This document shows positions 24,640 through 38,443 of a DNA stretch of 64,000 nucleotides, one piece after another. Positions within the stretch are counted from its first letter, which is position 1; the number at the start of each line of letters is the position of its first letter. Origin of the DNA: Octopus vulgaris (taxonomy: Eukaryota); NCBI GenBank assembly GCA_951406725.2, contig OX597831.1, positions 5,270,001 through 5,334,000 of the forward strand, written 5' to 3'. The position numbers and the translations under genes are program-made. Under the pieces are notes generated by a model. That model ran no database searches. It saw only the letters and a program-made list of their open reading frames with translations, and had not been told where the DNA came from.

Positions 24640-25330
24640 GCATGATTGTATGAATGTCTGTTTGTCATGGGTATGCTTTCATGCATGCATTTATAAGTAC
24701 AAAAAAATGAGATTGAAATAATGGCAACGATGAGTTAACATTTTCTTCTCCTTTTCAAACTGAAATAAATAGAACCATTTATTTTTACTTTTTCAATTTA
24801 AACACACCTAAGCATTTCTATTGAATGCATTAGTGATGAATTTCTCGCCCCGTAGCGTTGATAAATTGTCTGGTTATGGACGTCTGAATATAGATTATAT
24901 GTACATAAATCTCTTAATAGAAAATCTGTGTTAAACTTTAAAGAAAAGAGTACTAGTTACACCAGCTGAGTTGCTTTTTTTATTTTTTTTTTATGTATTA
25001 AGGAGTGGTTTACACACATAAAATTTATTTGTACATTGTTAGCAAGATATGTAGCTCGCTAGAAGAGGCGTTTGAAATGTTTTATTAAACAGTGAAACTA
25101 TCATCTGCTCAAAATTCAAAATGCGTAACAACACGAACAACAATAAAATCTGTCCTCTATAGCTAACGTACATACGCACACACATCCATATATATATATA
25201 TGTGTGTGTATGTATGTATGTATGTATGTATGTATGTATGTATGTATGTATGTATGTGTGTGTATGTGTATGTATGTATGTATGTATGTATGTATGTATG
25301 TATGTATGTGTGTGTATGTGTATGTATGTA

Positions 25331-25379
<49 letters not shown>

Positions 25380-25423
25380 GTAGGTAGGTATGTATATATG
25401 TATGTAGATATATATATGTTTGT

Positions 25424-25460
<37 letters not shown>

Positions 25461-25486
25461 GATATATATGTATGTAGATACATATA

Positions 25487-25889
25487 GGCGCAGGAGTGGC
25501 TGTGTGGTAAGTAGCTTGCTAACCAACCACATGGTTCCGGGTTCAGTCCCACTGCGTAGCATCTTGGGCAAGTGTCTTCTGCTATAGCCCCAGGCCGACC
25601 AATGCCTGGTGAGTGGATTTGGTCGACGGAAACTGAAAGAAGTCTGTCGTATATATGTATATATATATGTATGTGTGTGTTTGTGTGTCTGTGTTTGTCC
25701 CCCAAGCATTGCTTGACAACCGATGCTGGTGTGTTTACGTCCCCGTCACTTAGCGGTTCGGCACAAGAGACCGATAGAATAAGTACTGGGCTTACAAAGA
25801 ATAAGTCCCGGGGTCGATTTGCTCGACTAAAGGCGGTGCTCCAGCATGGCCGCAGTCAAATGACTGAAACAAGTAAAAGAGTAAAAGAG
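25487..25889 (+). mobile_element. Family A CORE-like SINE
   Basis: Full length. Confidence 0.88.
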
Positions 25890-26239
25890 ATATATATATA
25901 TGTATGTAGATATATATATGTATGTATGTATGTATGTATATATATATGTGCGTATGTATATATATATGTGTGTATGTATATATATATGTATGTATATATA
26001 TATGTATGTATATATATATATGTATGTATATATGTATGTATGTATATATATGTATGTATGTATATATATATATATGTATGTATATATGTATGTATGTATA
26101 TATACATACTTGCACATACATACATATATAATTCAGAAATCCCTCTAGCACTTAAATAATATATAAAAATGTTATTCAGTTTTGGCAAATTTGTTCTATA
26201 TATTTTAATGCTATTTTCTGTTTTATCAGGAACACTTTC

Positions 26240-26286
<47 letters not shown>

Positions 26287-26289
<3 letters not shown>

Positions 26290-26492
26290 TACTTTGGCTC
26301 AGTTCAAAATTGTACCCGCACGTTATTATTGGTCATTTTTCCTGCACCTTTCGTCTTCTTCCTTTTTCCCAAGAAGAGCTATGCTCGAAATGTAAAACTT
26401 CTCTGTTCTTTCTCTAAGAATCTTAATACATTGCTCGTGCCACATCCAAATATTTGTTGGGTATTTTCTTTTCCTCTGTGTTTTTTAATTCA
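26287..26492 (+). mobile_element. Diverged hammerhead-family short element between microsatellites
   Basis: CCCAAGA-A-GAGC tat GCTC-GAAA-TGTA and a 3' part similar to the 30131 copy. Confidence 0.55.
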
Positions 26493-26494
26493 CT

Positions 26495-26530
<36 letters not shown>

Positions 26531-26796
26531 ATATAAATGGGGGTGGGATATGTATGTATTTCTATATATTTATATATATACTTATACATATATATATATA
26601 TATATATATAATATCAGTTTACACCCACATTTATACATAAGAGAAATAAGACAAGGTAGAAAATGCTCAAAATGATTTTATCATAAACATTTTAATTCAC
26701 TATGTGTGTGTGTGTGTGTGTGTGTGTATGTTTGCGTGTATATAAATGGGGGTGGGATATGTATGTATTTCTATATATTTATATATATAAATATAC

Positions 26797-26850
<54 letters not shown>

Positions 26851-26853
<3 letters not shown>

Positions 26854-27615
26854 TTTACACCCACATTTATACATAAGGGAAATAAGACAAGGTAGAAAAT
26901 GCTCAAAATAATTTTATCATAAACATTTTACAACCGGTTTCACTCTTTGCGAATTTTTCAACTTAGAGAAGTTTGGAAGACAATCGAATAGTGGAAAAAT
27001 TCAATGAAATGTTTTTAAAAAAATATATTTCCATAGTTTTCAAATGCAAGGGATATTTTTCTTTTTTTTTTTTTTTTTTTTTGCTTGTCTCTGTCTCTCA
27101 TTTTTACTCTTGTGAGTTCTAGGTTATTGGTAGCAGCTAGTTTGATATGAATGATTGTTTTTGATTGTTTAAGCAGCAGAAGTAGTAGAGAAAGGATGCG
27201 GCGCCGAAGAAGAACAACAGAATGCGGGAGTAGTATGACAATAGCAAGATGGTGATGGAATCCTCTTAAATGGTCAAGTGACCTAAAAGTGACTCGTTGT
27301 GGATAATAGTAGTGATTGAAATCATTCTGAATAAATTCTTGAGGCGACTATTTTGAATATATCGTTTTTAATATGTGCGTGGGTGTTATTCTAAGGCTCT
27401 GGTGACAGCGTCATTTGTTGTGAATGCATTCAAAAGGGGTTGGTATTTTGTGATAAAGAATGACTCTTCACTCATACGCTGACTACAGGTTGTATCGTTC
27501 CTGAATTGATAGAGGGGAAAGATTCTGAAGCCTGGTTGTCTGTTATTGGCGCAAATGTCGATGTGTTCGCTGAATGCTATTTTTATGTTTTTCGGAATTT
27601 TGATGTATATGTCAG
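26851..27615 (-). mobile_element. 5'-truncated Penelope-like element: GIY-YIG C-terminus, 3' UTR, hammerhead, ends at (TA)n
   Basis: FSEHIDICANNRQPGFRIFPLYQF..EESFFITKYQPLLN is homologous to the GIY-YIG C-terminus at 41245-41400. Confidence 0.75.
26928..26966 (-). ncRNA. Hammerhead-like motif with U3-A8 core
   Basis: TTGAAAA-ATTC gcaaa GAGT-GAAA-CCGG-TT; stem I weak. Confidence 0.5.
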
Positions 27616-28536
27616 TACACACACACATATATAACTTAGATAGGTTTCAGCCAAAGATTGGTCCAGGCCATTTCTAACTTAACAGCACCACCTGACAGGA
27701 TTATCTAAATCCTTTTTAAGTCAAGTTTTATAGTCCATTCATGTAGTGAGTTCTTGTTGAGTAAGTTGTATCCAGGTATGGGTGGCTTATTTGGTATTCC
27801 TTGAAGAAAAAATCGTACTCAAACCAATTCAGACTCAACAAATAACCTTTTCCTCTACTGATACCCACACTACAATATCTTATCCTTATCACTGGGAAAG
27901 TTTTAATAAAAGGAAAATGGACAATAGTTAAAGTTTGAGAAGCACTAATGTAGTGCTTCTCTCATATGCTTTGAACAATTCTGCCATCGACCACATAAAT
28001 CTTAACTGCAGTATCTTCATCTGTATACCACGCATGGGCATGTTGCAATAAAGAGGCAGTGTTTCCTTTAGCCAACCTTTCGCATAGACTACATTTGTTG
28101 TGCTTACCTGTTCTTAAATAACATGCTGTTAACCTAAAATAACTTCAGTTTAGCATTTTGCAGACAAAGGTATTACTAAAGCATTTACCTTTAAATGGCC
28201 ATTAGTTGAGGTTAAGTACAATCGGTTGATTATATGGCAGAAAACTATACGAAAATCTAGACGTGGGTGTAAACACTGGCGAATAATTCAGTCTAACTGG
28301 AAACATTAAAATTCTGCACAATTGTTATAAACTGTATACAAGTTACAATAAAATACTTGATAACCTCAATTGATAGCTTAATATTTCCTACATCATTATA
28401 TTCATATTTCTGAATATATTTGAAACATGAGAAGCTCTACATAAATGTATAGATACATACAGACACACACACACACTTGGAGATAAATGCTATTTTCAAT
28501 ATGATACAGCCTCTCACACTGATAAACTAGACAGCC

Positions 28537-28578
<42 letters not shown>

Positions 28579-28860
28579 ACATGCATGTATTAGCTACGTA
28601 GATAGATAGATAGATAGATAAAAAAAAGGCAGAGAAGGGGCGACAAACTTGGAGATAAATGCTATTTTCAATATGATATATATATATGATAAACTAGATA
28701 TGTGTGTGTACACGCTTATGTAAGAGTGTGCTCATATATATGTGTGTATGTGTGTGTGTATGTGTATATATATATGTGTGTGTGTATGTGTATATATGTA
28801 TATGTGTGTGTATATATATATATATATGTATATATATATGTGTGTGTGTGTATATATGTT

Positions 28861-28893
<33 letters not shown>

Positions 28894-28909
28894 GTGTGTG
28901 TGTATATAT

Positions 28910-28959
<50 letters not shown>

Positions 28960-28965
28960 ATATAT

Positions 28966-29013
<48 letters not shown>

Positions 29014-29389
29014 GTGTGTGTGTATATATGTTTATATATATATATATATATATACACACACATACATATGTGTGTGTGTATATATGTTTATATATATATA
29101 TACACACACATACATATGTTCGTGTATATATATGTGTATATTTGCGTACGTATATACTCACGCGTACACACATAGATTCTTATCAAGATACGCATCCATA
29201 TTCATGCATGTATACACGTACATAAACACCTATTCCCACCCACATATGCGTACAGTGCTTGAGTTTGTATACAGCAATTTGAATGTACGGGTAACCGTGT
29301 GCTTACGTGTATATATATATATATGTATATTTTATATATATATATATACATACTGTGTATGTATCACTGAATGCGATTGTGCGTGTGTG

Positions 29390-29830
29390 TGTGCGGAGGG
29401 AGTGGGAGGTAATCTCCTTAATGACATTGCAGACGAAGATATTAGATAAAAGTATGTTTTTCTATCCATATATCCTGTTAGACGAAATAATGAACATTAT
29501 ATTATGATATCTTCATAAATGTTTTTCAAAAGAAGTCGAGGGCGGGAGCAAATAGGCGGGATTAAGATGTGAATGGATGTGTGTGTGTGTGTGTGTGTGT
29601 GCCTGTGTGCCTGTGTACGTGTGTGTGTGTGTGCGTGCCTGTGTACGTGTGTGTGTGTGTGTGTGTGAAAGATGGCAACTGATTGTAGGCAAAAATGGCG
29701 ACTGATATTTTGATTAGATGGCGACAGACAAGCAAATGTCGCTAGCGTTTAGAAAGATTGTGACGTTGAAGATGTCACAGGAGCTTGATAAATCACTTTT
29801 TACGTTTTCGTTTAGTTCTATCAGCGGTGA
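29390..29830. promoter_or_regulatory. Candidate promoter/enhancer island
   Basis: Two GGCGGGA (E2F/Sp-like), three ATGGC(A/G)AC(T/A)GA (YY1/RFX-like), TGACGT; motif-only evidence. Confidence 0.35.
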
Positions 29831-30130
29831 TTACATTTACGCATCATGTGTGTAGAACACACACACATACACACACAGACACACACACATGCATACACAC
29901 ACGCACACACGCATTTACACATGTATACACGCTCACAAGTAAGAACTTATTCACATACGCAATTTCTTTCTCTTGCTCTCTTCTGTCTGTCTATCTGTCT
30001 CTCTCTCTCTCTCGTAGACCGATGCAATAACAGGGGCACAAATACACACATGTTATATATATATATATATATATATATAAATACACACGCACACACATAT
30101 GCATATATATATACATATATGTATATATAT

Positions 30131-30330
30131 GTGACCGCGTGTGTACCGTTGGCGATTTTTTTCCTCTGTCTTCCCTTCTCTGGATCTTTCCTTCTCCTAT
30201 GTTTCCGACGAAGAGCTCCGCTCGAAACGTTAAGCCCTCCTTCTTTCCTTCTTTCCTAAGCGTCCAATAATACTATATTTGTTCCACGTCCTCGCATTGT
30301 TGTGTTCTTTTTGTGCTTTCTTGTTTGGGT

Positions 30331-30334
<4 letters not shown>
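30131..30334 (+). mobile_element. Short hammerhead-bearing element flanked by (TA)n
   Basis: Homologs at 17881, 23040, 26287; shared 3' end TTAAC-(TA)n. Confidence 0.75.
30201..30235 (+). ncRNA. Minimal hammerhead-like motif (core CCGACGA)
   Basis: GTTT-CCGACGA-A-GAGC tcc GCTC-GAAA-CGTT-AAGC. Confidence 0.6.
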
Positions 30335-30379
<45 letters not shown>

Positions 30380-30381
<2 letters not shown>

Positions 30382-30557
30382 TTCTTTATTGCCCACAAGG
30401 GGCTAAACATAGAGGGGACAAACAAGGACAGACAAACGGATTAAGTCGATTACATCGACCCCAGTGCGTAACTGGTACTTATTTCATCGACCCCGAAAGG
30501 ATGAAAGGCAAAGTTAACCTCGGCGGAATTTGAACTCAGAACGTAGCGGCAGACGAA
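30380..30557 (-). mobile_element. 5'-truncated family B SINE
   Basis: Homology to family B. Confidence 0.85.
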
Positions 30558-31134
30558 TATATATATATGTCTATATATATATGTGTGTGTATGTATGCAT
30601 GTGTACGAATAAATATATATATATGTATGTGTATATAAGTATGTTTATGCATTTATATATATTCTTGTGTGTATATATGTGTTTGTGTGTGTGTATGTCC
30701 ATCTCTCCGTCTTACATTTTCCTCTCACTGTATGTCCACCTCACTCTCTTTCTGTACGTGTATGTATGTGTATAGACACATTTTAAGTGTTACCCGTCAT
30801 ATAACGGGCATCTGTAGACGTATACTTTTGCCATCATGGGTAACATCAAGAAATATTCTCTGCATACAATTATTTATAATTTAACTTTTAATGAAATTTC
30901 TTGGTGCTTCAAACAAAATGATGAAATGAATTCTAATTTTCAAAAACAAAAAAATATATACTACATTAACATAAAGTTAAACAAAAGAAATATCTCATTC
31001 GTATAATACATTGCATAACTACTCTCTTGTTTGCTCTCTCTCCTCCTCCCGTGTGTGTGTGTTTATGTGTGTATAGCGTTCTTTTATTCGTTGTCTGCCA
31101 CCAAGCCTAGTATGTGCACTCATCTTGTAACTCA

Positions 31135-31367
31135 TATCTATCTCTCTATCTATCTCTCTATCTCTATCTCTATCTCTGTCTATCTATCTCTATCGCTCTC
31201 TCTCTCTCAATCTATCCTATCTATCTCAATTTATCCTATCTCTCTCTCTATCTATCTATTTATCTATCTACCTATCTATCTATCTATCTCTCTATCTATC
31301 TATCTCTCTATCTATCTCTATCTATCTCTCTCTATCTATCATATCTGTCTCTCTCTCTCTCTATCTG

Positions 31368-31412
<45 letters not shown>

Positions 31413-31451
31413 ATAATCTATCTATCTATCCATCCATCCTATCTCTCTCTC

Positions 31452-31496
<45 letters not shown>

Positions 31497-31550
31497 CTCT
31501 ATCTATCTCTATCAATCATATCTGTCTCTCTCTCTCTCTCTCTCTATCTG

Positions 31551-31587
<37 letters not shown>

Positions 31588-31632
31588 CTATCTATATAAT
31601 CTATCTATCTATCCATCCATCCTATCTCTCTC
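31135..31632. repeat. (CTAT)n/(CT)n tract with an internal ~180-bp duplication
   Basis: Direct reading. Confidence 0.88.
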
Positions 31633-31904
31633 TTTTGTATCGAATAGTATTAAATAGAGATATAGATACTAGAGTAACATTTGATCCCAAACCATGTGCT
31701 CAAACTGAAGAATTTCACCTTGTAAACCATTTTAGGCATTAAAAACTTTATAAAGCACACACACACACATACACACATATATGTTGTATTTCTATTTATG
31801 TATTGTAATTGAATATTTATTTCCCGGTCATTTCCACAAACGCTTCTCATTAACACTTACTTTGTATCCCTGCTTAAGGTAGAGCTAGTATTGATTCTTC
31901 ACAG

Positions 31905-32260
31905 GTATTTTCGTATTCTAATCATATATCCGTAGTACTGGAGATGTGGTTTTTCATTGCGGGGAAGTAGCGGCTCAACATGGAAACACTCCTTGATCTC
32001 CGAGCGATACATTCTGACGAGTAATGGTACTCGGAGGGACTCCATTTCGGTCGCTTGTATAAGAGATTATACTCTTTTGGTCAGTACCAAACACTTATGA
32101 TCATAAGGGACGATAGGCGCGAAAACAGGATTGAAGATAGCAAGTTTGGTTTTTGTACCAATCTCTACAATTCTGGGAACCGAATGCTGCAGCTTGGGCA
32201 TTACTGTGCCACCTCCTGCAATTCTAGCATCCAATTCAGATTCCCTTTTTTCCTATAAGT
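31905..32260 (-). pseudogene. Degenerate RTE-clade (Expander/Rex3-like) LINE fragment
   Basis: ELDARIAGGGTVM..TKLAIFNPVFAPIVPYDHK..IQATEM..RSEIKECFHVEPLL..YYGYMIR resembles the post-RT region of Expander. Confidence 0.7.
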
Positions 32261-32773
32261 CGTGAATATGGTTCTGAAGTATTTAAGCTTTATCTCTATT
32301 CACATTAAATTCTTGTTAATTAAGGTATTTAAGTGTAATAGTCGAAATATATTCGGAGGAAGCACGTCGTATGTGTGTTAGTGTGTGTGTGGGGGTATAT
32401 GCGCGTGTGTGTGTATGTGTGCGAGTGTGTGTGTGTGGTAGTGTGTGCGTGTATGTATGGTAGTGTGCGTGTGTGTGTGTGTGTGTGATTGCGAGTGCGT
32501 GTGTGTGTTCGTGCGTGTACGTGTGTGTGTGCGTGTGCGAGAGTGTGGGTGTATATGCGTGTGTGCGTGTATGTGTGTACGTGTATGTACGTGTGTGTGT
32601 GCGTATGTGTGCGTATGTGTTTGTATGTGTTTGTATGCGTGCGTATGTTTGTGTGTGTGTGTGTGAGTGTGCGAGTGAGTGCGTGTGCGTGCGTGTACGT
32701 GTGCGTGCGTGTGAGTGAATGTGTGTGCGTGCGTGAGTGTGTGTGTGTGTGTGATTGTGTATGTGAGTGAATT

Positions 32774-32824
<51 letters not shown>

Positions 32825-33264
32825 ATGCGACAGTACACAGAGTAGAGGAACAGTAGCGTAGCTGATGTCCTTGCCTTCCGATCCGCAATCGACCGAGAGT
32901 CTCTTCGAATGCTGTAATACTGTGGATCAGCGGCGACATCGGAGCAATTGGGAGTCTGGACGGATGGATTTTCATTCGTCTATGATGGAAGAGAGAAGTG
33001 GCCGAGTAAGGAGTAGGGGCGGAGGTGGAGAATATTGTTGCGGATGGAAGTGGACAGATGGAGGTGGCTGATATCTAGACAGCTGACCACGAGATGTCAG
33101 ATACAATAGACATCAACTGTCCAGCAATGTGACACGTGTTCGTGTAAGACATAAAGCTATCAGATTGTTATCAAGGAAGTGTGGTGGCGATAATTCAGTC
33201 CTCAATGTAATGACAGTATAACTCTGTCTTCTACACACACAGAAGTCTCTTCAACAATATATGC

Positions 33265-33481
33265 TTACTCTTTACTCTTTTACTTGTTTCAGTCATTTGA
33301 CTGCGGCCATGCTGGAGCACCACCTTTAGTCGAGCAAATCGACCCCGGGACTTATTCTTAGTAAGCCTAGTACTTATTCTATCGGTCTCTTTTGCCGAAC
33401 CGCTAAGTTACGGGGACATAAACACAACACCATCGGTTGTCAAGCGATGCTGGAGGGACAAACACAGATACACAAACTCAT

Positions 33482-33544
<63 letters not shown>

Positions 33545-33712
33545 CATATATACGACGGGCTTCTTTCAGTTTCCGTCTACCAAATCCACTCACAAGGCTT
33601 TGGTCGGCCCGAGGCTATAGTAGAAGATACTTGCCCAAGTTGCCACGCAGTGGGACTGAACCCGGAACCATGTGGCTGCTTAGCAAGCTACTTACCACAC
33701 AGCCACTCCTGC
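33265..33712 (-). mobile_element. Family A CORE-like SINE
   Basis: Full length with expanded internal (TA)n. Confidence 0.88.
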
Positions 33713-33799
33713 TTAGTGCTACTTCGTCGGTCTTTACTTTCTGAGTTCAAATTCAATCGAGGTCGATTTTGTTTTTCATTCTTCCGGCGTCGATTGAAC

Positions 33800-34015
33800 C
33801 GACTCATCAACTTTTCCATAACAAACTACCCAAAGACAACCCACCACAACCGGAAGCAAACGTCTCCAATACGGCACAATCTCATGTATTATATCTTACA
33901 CCCTCCGGTACTATGGCCCCTCAGTTTTTAAATGATTCCTTCACTTTCGTCCCTAGCTCCATCACTCTCCTCCACATTGCTGAACTCTTCCTCACCCACA
34001 ATTGCTCTCCGTTTT
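33800..34015 (+). pseudogene. Possible Penelope-like RT fragment
   Basis: PSSITLLHIAELFLTHNCSPF resembles the PLE RT segment (LL.L.ELVLT.N.F.F). Confidence 0.45.
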
Positions 34016-34537
34016 TTTTTTTGGCTTTTTTTTTTTTGTGAGTTTTATTGGTACATCACCGTGGTCGGTATAAACGTTAAAATGGGCCTACATGAAGTCA
34101 ACCCCCTTTAAGGCTATACTGAGGTCTAGATTTTTGCCAAATTCACTGAATGTTCGTCCGTCAAAGCGACGAGGACCATCCAATCAACCTGAGATTCCGG
34201 AGCCGGATTCGAGTTGGGCATTGTGGGGTTTGTGTGCGTTGAGGACTAATCATACCGTGTCTGGAAGGTTCCCGGGCAGTGTGGACAAGGAGTGATGCTC
34301 GTACTTGGGGATTTGATTGCGCTGGATTTCTTGGGCTTGCCTGGGTTGCTCGACTGCAGCAACCCTGATGTATGACTTTGCGAGCAACTGATCACCTCTA
34401 GCCCCTGCCCTACATTATCTGCTCCAGTGGGAATTGGCAAATAATAAGTTCACTAAAAACTAAAAAACAAATATTAATGAGCATTCATTTTCTTTTTCAT
34501 TTGTAATTATTATTCACTCCTCATTTATTATACATAT

Positions 34538-34907
34538 AGTGGCAATCCGTCGGTTACGACGACGAGGGTTCCAGTTGATCTGATCAACGGAACAGCCTGC
34601 TTGTGAAATTAACGTGCAAGTGGCTGAGCACTCCACAGATACGTGTACCCTTAACGTAGTTCTCGGGGATATTCAGCGTGACAAGGTTGGCCCTCTTGAA
34701 TACAGGTACAACAGAAACACGAAGAAAGAGTGAGAGAAAGATGTAGTAAAAGAGTACAGCAGGGTTCGCCACTATCCCCTGCCGGAACCTCGTGGAACTT
34801 TAGGTGTTTTCACTCAATAAACACTCACAACACCCTGTCTGGGAATCGAAACCGCGATCCTACGACTGCGAGTCTGCTGCCCTAACTACTGGTCCATTGC
34901 ACCTCCA
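34538..34907 (-). mobile_element. OR-type SINE with third tail type
   Basis: Same head and body as 20027; tail ..GGAACCCTCGTCGTCGTAACCGACGGATTGCCAC. Confidence 0.8.
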
Positions 34908-35173
34908 TCATCATGGCTCGGCTTCGCGAACGAAGATCAGGAAGGCTGTCCGCGTTGCGTGCATGCACGCTCATGACTGACAAGTCCGATATGGGAAAGG
35001 CAGGTCCGTGAGCAGTGTCCACAGACGAAGGTAACATCCGGTGTGGTGTCAGAGGCGGCTCGCGCCTTCCTCCTGCGTCTCTTGTCTTTAAGTGCATCTC
35101 TTCTTTGTTCCTCAAACTTGCTGACTGCGTTGAAGATCGTGTGGCGCCAGACATCACGGACCGCAGCCAGGTC
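34908..35173 (-). mobile_element. 5'-truncated RTE-clade LINE 3' end with 10-bp TSD
   Basis: DLAAVRDVWRHTI..KDKRRRRK..CGHCSRTCLSHIGLVSHERAC, (TGA)n tail, TSD TGCACCTCCA at 34898 and 35174. Confidence 0.88.
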
Positions 35174-35217
35174 TGCACCTCCACTCATTTGTTATAAGAC
35201 AAACTAAATAAGACGTA

Positions 35218-35400
35218 AGTGGAGGAACATGGCTTTCTGATTACGATATTGTAGTTTCGATTCCGGGACCAGGCGACGCGTCCTTTTCCTCAGCAAAGCA
35301 CTTCAGTTTACGTTGCGTAATAAGTAATCCTGTGACGGACCGACGTATCGCCCAGGAGGAATATATACGCCAGCGACACCGGGAAACCGATCCTATGTTC
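35218..35400 (+). mobile_element. Old diverged SINE with V-like tail
   Basis: GTTTCGATTCC B-box, CCTGTGACGGACC..CCGGGAAACCG. Confidence 0.5.
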
Positions 35401-35835
35401 CTTACAGATCTATCTGAATTGACTAAGAACCCTGAGCCTAACCGCCGCCACAGTAGTGGAGTCGCTATACTAAAAACTAAACTGACGCTACGTCACTCAC
35501 CAATCAACAGTCGACAACCACCATAGCTTCATCTCTTACACTGAGTGGTTTCCCTCTGTGCTGGGACAGACTTCTCTATATCAGTTCATCTCTTGCTTGT
35601 TGACTAGAATGTGGTATATATATATATATATTAATATATGTGCGTTCACTCACTGACAGTTGTATGTATGTATATATGTATGTATGTATGTATGTATATG
35701 TGTGTGTGTGTGCATGGGGATGCGTGTATACATATATACGCATACATATACAGATATAAACACAACCAAATATGACTATATATATTCATGTATGTATAAT
35801 TTATATATATATAGATAGATACATACACACATATG

Positions 35836-35878
<43 letters not shown>

Positions 35879-35959
35879 TTCATGAATATAAATAAATTGT
35901 ACATATTTATATTCATACATAACCGATATACAAAAATATACGTACCTATCATATATATA

Positions 35960-36018
<59 letters not shown>

Positions 36019-36649
36019 CGTGTATTTATGTACGCATGTGTGTATATGCGCATATATATATGATAAATGTATATATATACTGATACACATGCGTGTGATG
36101 GTGTGTGTATATTTATATGTGTATATATACATATATATATGTATGAATATAGATGAATATATATGTATGCATGTATATTATATGTATATATGTATGTGTA
36201 GAAGATTATAATAGTGCCGGCCATAATCCGTTCGTCTCTCTCCTCTTTCTATCCCTCTCTCTCTCTCTCTCTCTCTCTGATACACGCATACATACACACA
36301 CACACACACACACACACATAAACTCCCTAAAAAAAAAAAGTCCCTTTTTGCGTCTTAACGTTCGACTGCCGATTAATACGTGCCTAATGGCTGCTTATAT
36401 TGCGCTCGGTTCTGGCAGATCAAAGAACCAGCCAGCAGAACCAATATGTAAAATATTCAATAAGCTATATAGTAATTTGCTGTACTATTTCTATAGACTG
36501 AGGAGAGCAGTGGCGACGGGGGTGGGGCTGGGGGTGGGGGGAGCATTACTATTCCTCCCCCCGCCCCTCATATTCATAACTCAACATCTAATCAATTGGT
36601 TGTCGCTGAGTTGGGCGAAAATTTTACACATTTTCTTTTTTTATCATTC

Positions 36650-36682
36650 ATATTGTTGTTGTTCTTGGAGTCGTTGTGGTTG

Positions 36683-36714
<32 letters not shown>

Positions 36715-37463
36715 GGTGGTGATGTTGTTACTGTTGTAGGTGCTGCAGTTGATGATGATGATGCCGCTGCTGATGATGATGATGCTGTTTTTCTTCTTCT
36801 TTTTTGCTATGTGGTTGTTATTGTTGTTGGTGGTGTTGTTGCTGACGTTGTTGTTGTTGTTGTTGTTGTTGTGATGCTGTTAGAATCGTTATTGTGGTTG
36901 TTGTTTCCGTGGTAGTTGTGATAGTTAATGTTGTAGTACAGATTATGTCAGATTGTGTTGTTGTTGTTGTTGTTGTTGTTGTTGTAACCGTAGTGGTGGT
37001 GGTGGTGGTGGTGCTAGGCTGGTGATTATCATTGGTGGTGGTAGTAGTGATTGTAGTGATTGTCATTGTGATGGTGGTGATGGTGTTGGCGGTGGTGACT
37101 GGGGTGGTGAATATTACTGTGGTGGGGGAGGTGTAGTGGTGGTCTTGATTGTGGAAGTGGTGATGGTGGCGGTGGTGATGTTGGTACTGGTGGCTGTAGT
37201 GATTGTGGCGGTGATGGTAGTGATGGTGTTATTGGTATTGGTTATGGTGATGGTGGTGGTGATGGTTGTGATGTTGGCGGCGGTAGTGTCTTATGTAGTG
37301 TTCAGTTCTTTGTTGTTCTTCTTCTTGATGTTGCTCCTCCGTTTACGGTATATTTTTTGGGGTTTTTTTCTCGTATGTCATTTAACTTGCTCCTTTTTTT
37401 ACATTTTCTGATATCATTATTGTTGTTGCTGTAGTGGCCATAATTTTGTTATCTTTATAATGA

Positions 37464-37512
<49 letters not shown>

Positions 37513-37610
37513 TCTGGTGGTGGTGTTGATGGTGATGGTTGTAGTAGTAGTAGTAGTAGTAGTAGTAGTTCTGGTGGTGGTGTTGATGGTGATGGTTGTA
37601 GTAGTACCTT
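36650..37610. repeat. (GTT/GGT/GAT/GTA)n low-complexity region
   Basis: Direct reading. Confidence 0.85.
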
Positions 37611-37786
37611 TCTTGCTACTGTTAAGAGAGACGTGGTGACATAGGGTGCGGATAAAGGAAAGATGTAAAGTGTGAGTGTGCGTGTACTCGGAGAGAGGTG
37701 TGAAACAGGGCGACATAAGGAGACACGGGCGAGTATTAAGGGAGATAAAGACAGAAACAGTAAGCAGAGGTGAGAAGGAGATAGAT

Positions 37787-37823
<37 letters not shown>

Positions 37824-38398
37824 CAGAGAGAGAGAGGGAGAAGAGATATAGAAAGACAGACAGATATATATGTATATCTACAAATGCATACATATGTATA
37901 TACATTTACTAACTTACATATATATATGTTTGTGTGTGGATATATGTATATATATATGTGTATATGTATGTATGTATGTATGTATGTGTGTGTATGTTTG
38001 TGTGTGTGTGTATGTTTGTACGTATGTGTGTACGTATGTGTGTAGTGTGTACGTATATGTGTGTATGTGTGTGTATGTAAGTGTGTATATATGCAGGTGT
38101 ATGTGTGTATGTATGTATGTGTATGTATGTATGCATGTATGTGTATGTACGTGTATGTATGTATGCATGTATGTGTATGTACGTGTATGTATGTATGTAT
38201 GTATGTGTATGTATGTATGTATATATATGTATGTATGTATGTATGTATATATATGCATGTATGTATATATATGTATGCATGTGTGTATATGTATGTATAT
38301 ACATATAAATATGTGTGTGTACATGTATGTATATATGTATACATATATATATATGTATTTCATATATATATATCTATATGCTTGTATAAATGTGTGTG

Positions 38399-38443
<45 letters not shown>

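Noticed and set aside
32013-32040. CTGACGA hammerhead core
   Set aside because: No GAAA follows the hairpin, and it lies antisense within an RTE coding remnant.
32830-33250. GC-richer complex sequence as an exon (also 34050-34440)
   Set aside because: No recognisable protein motif or element boundary; left unassigned.
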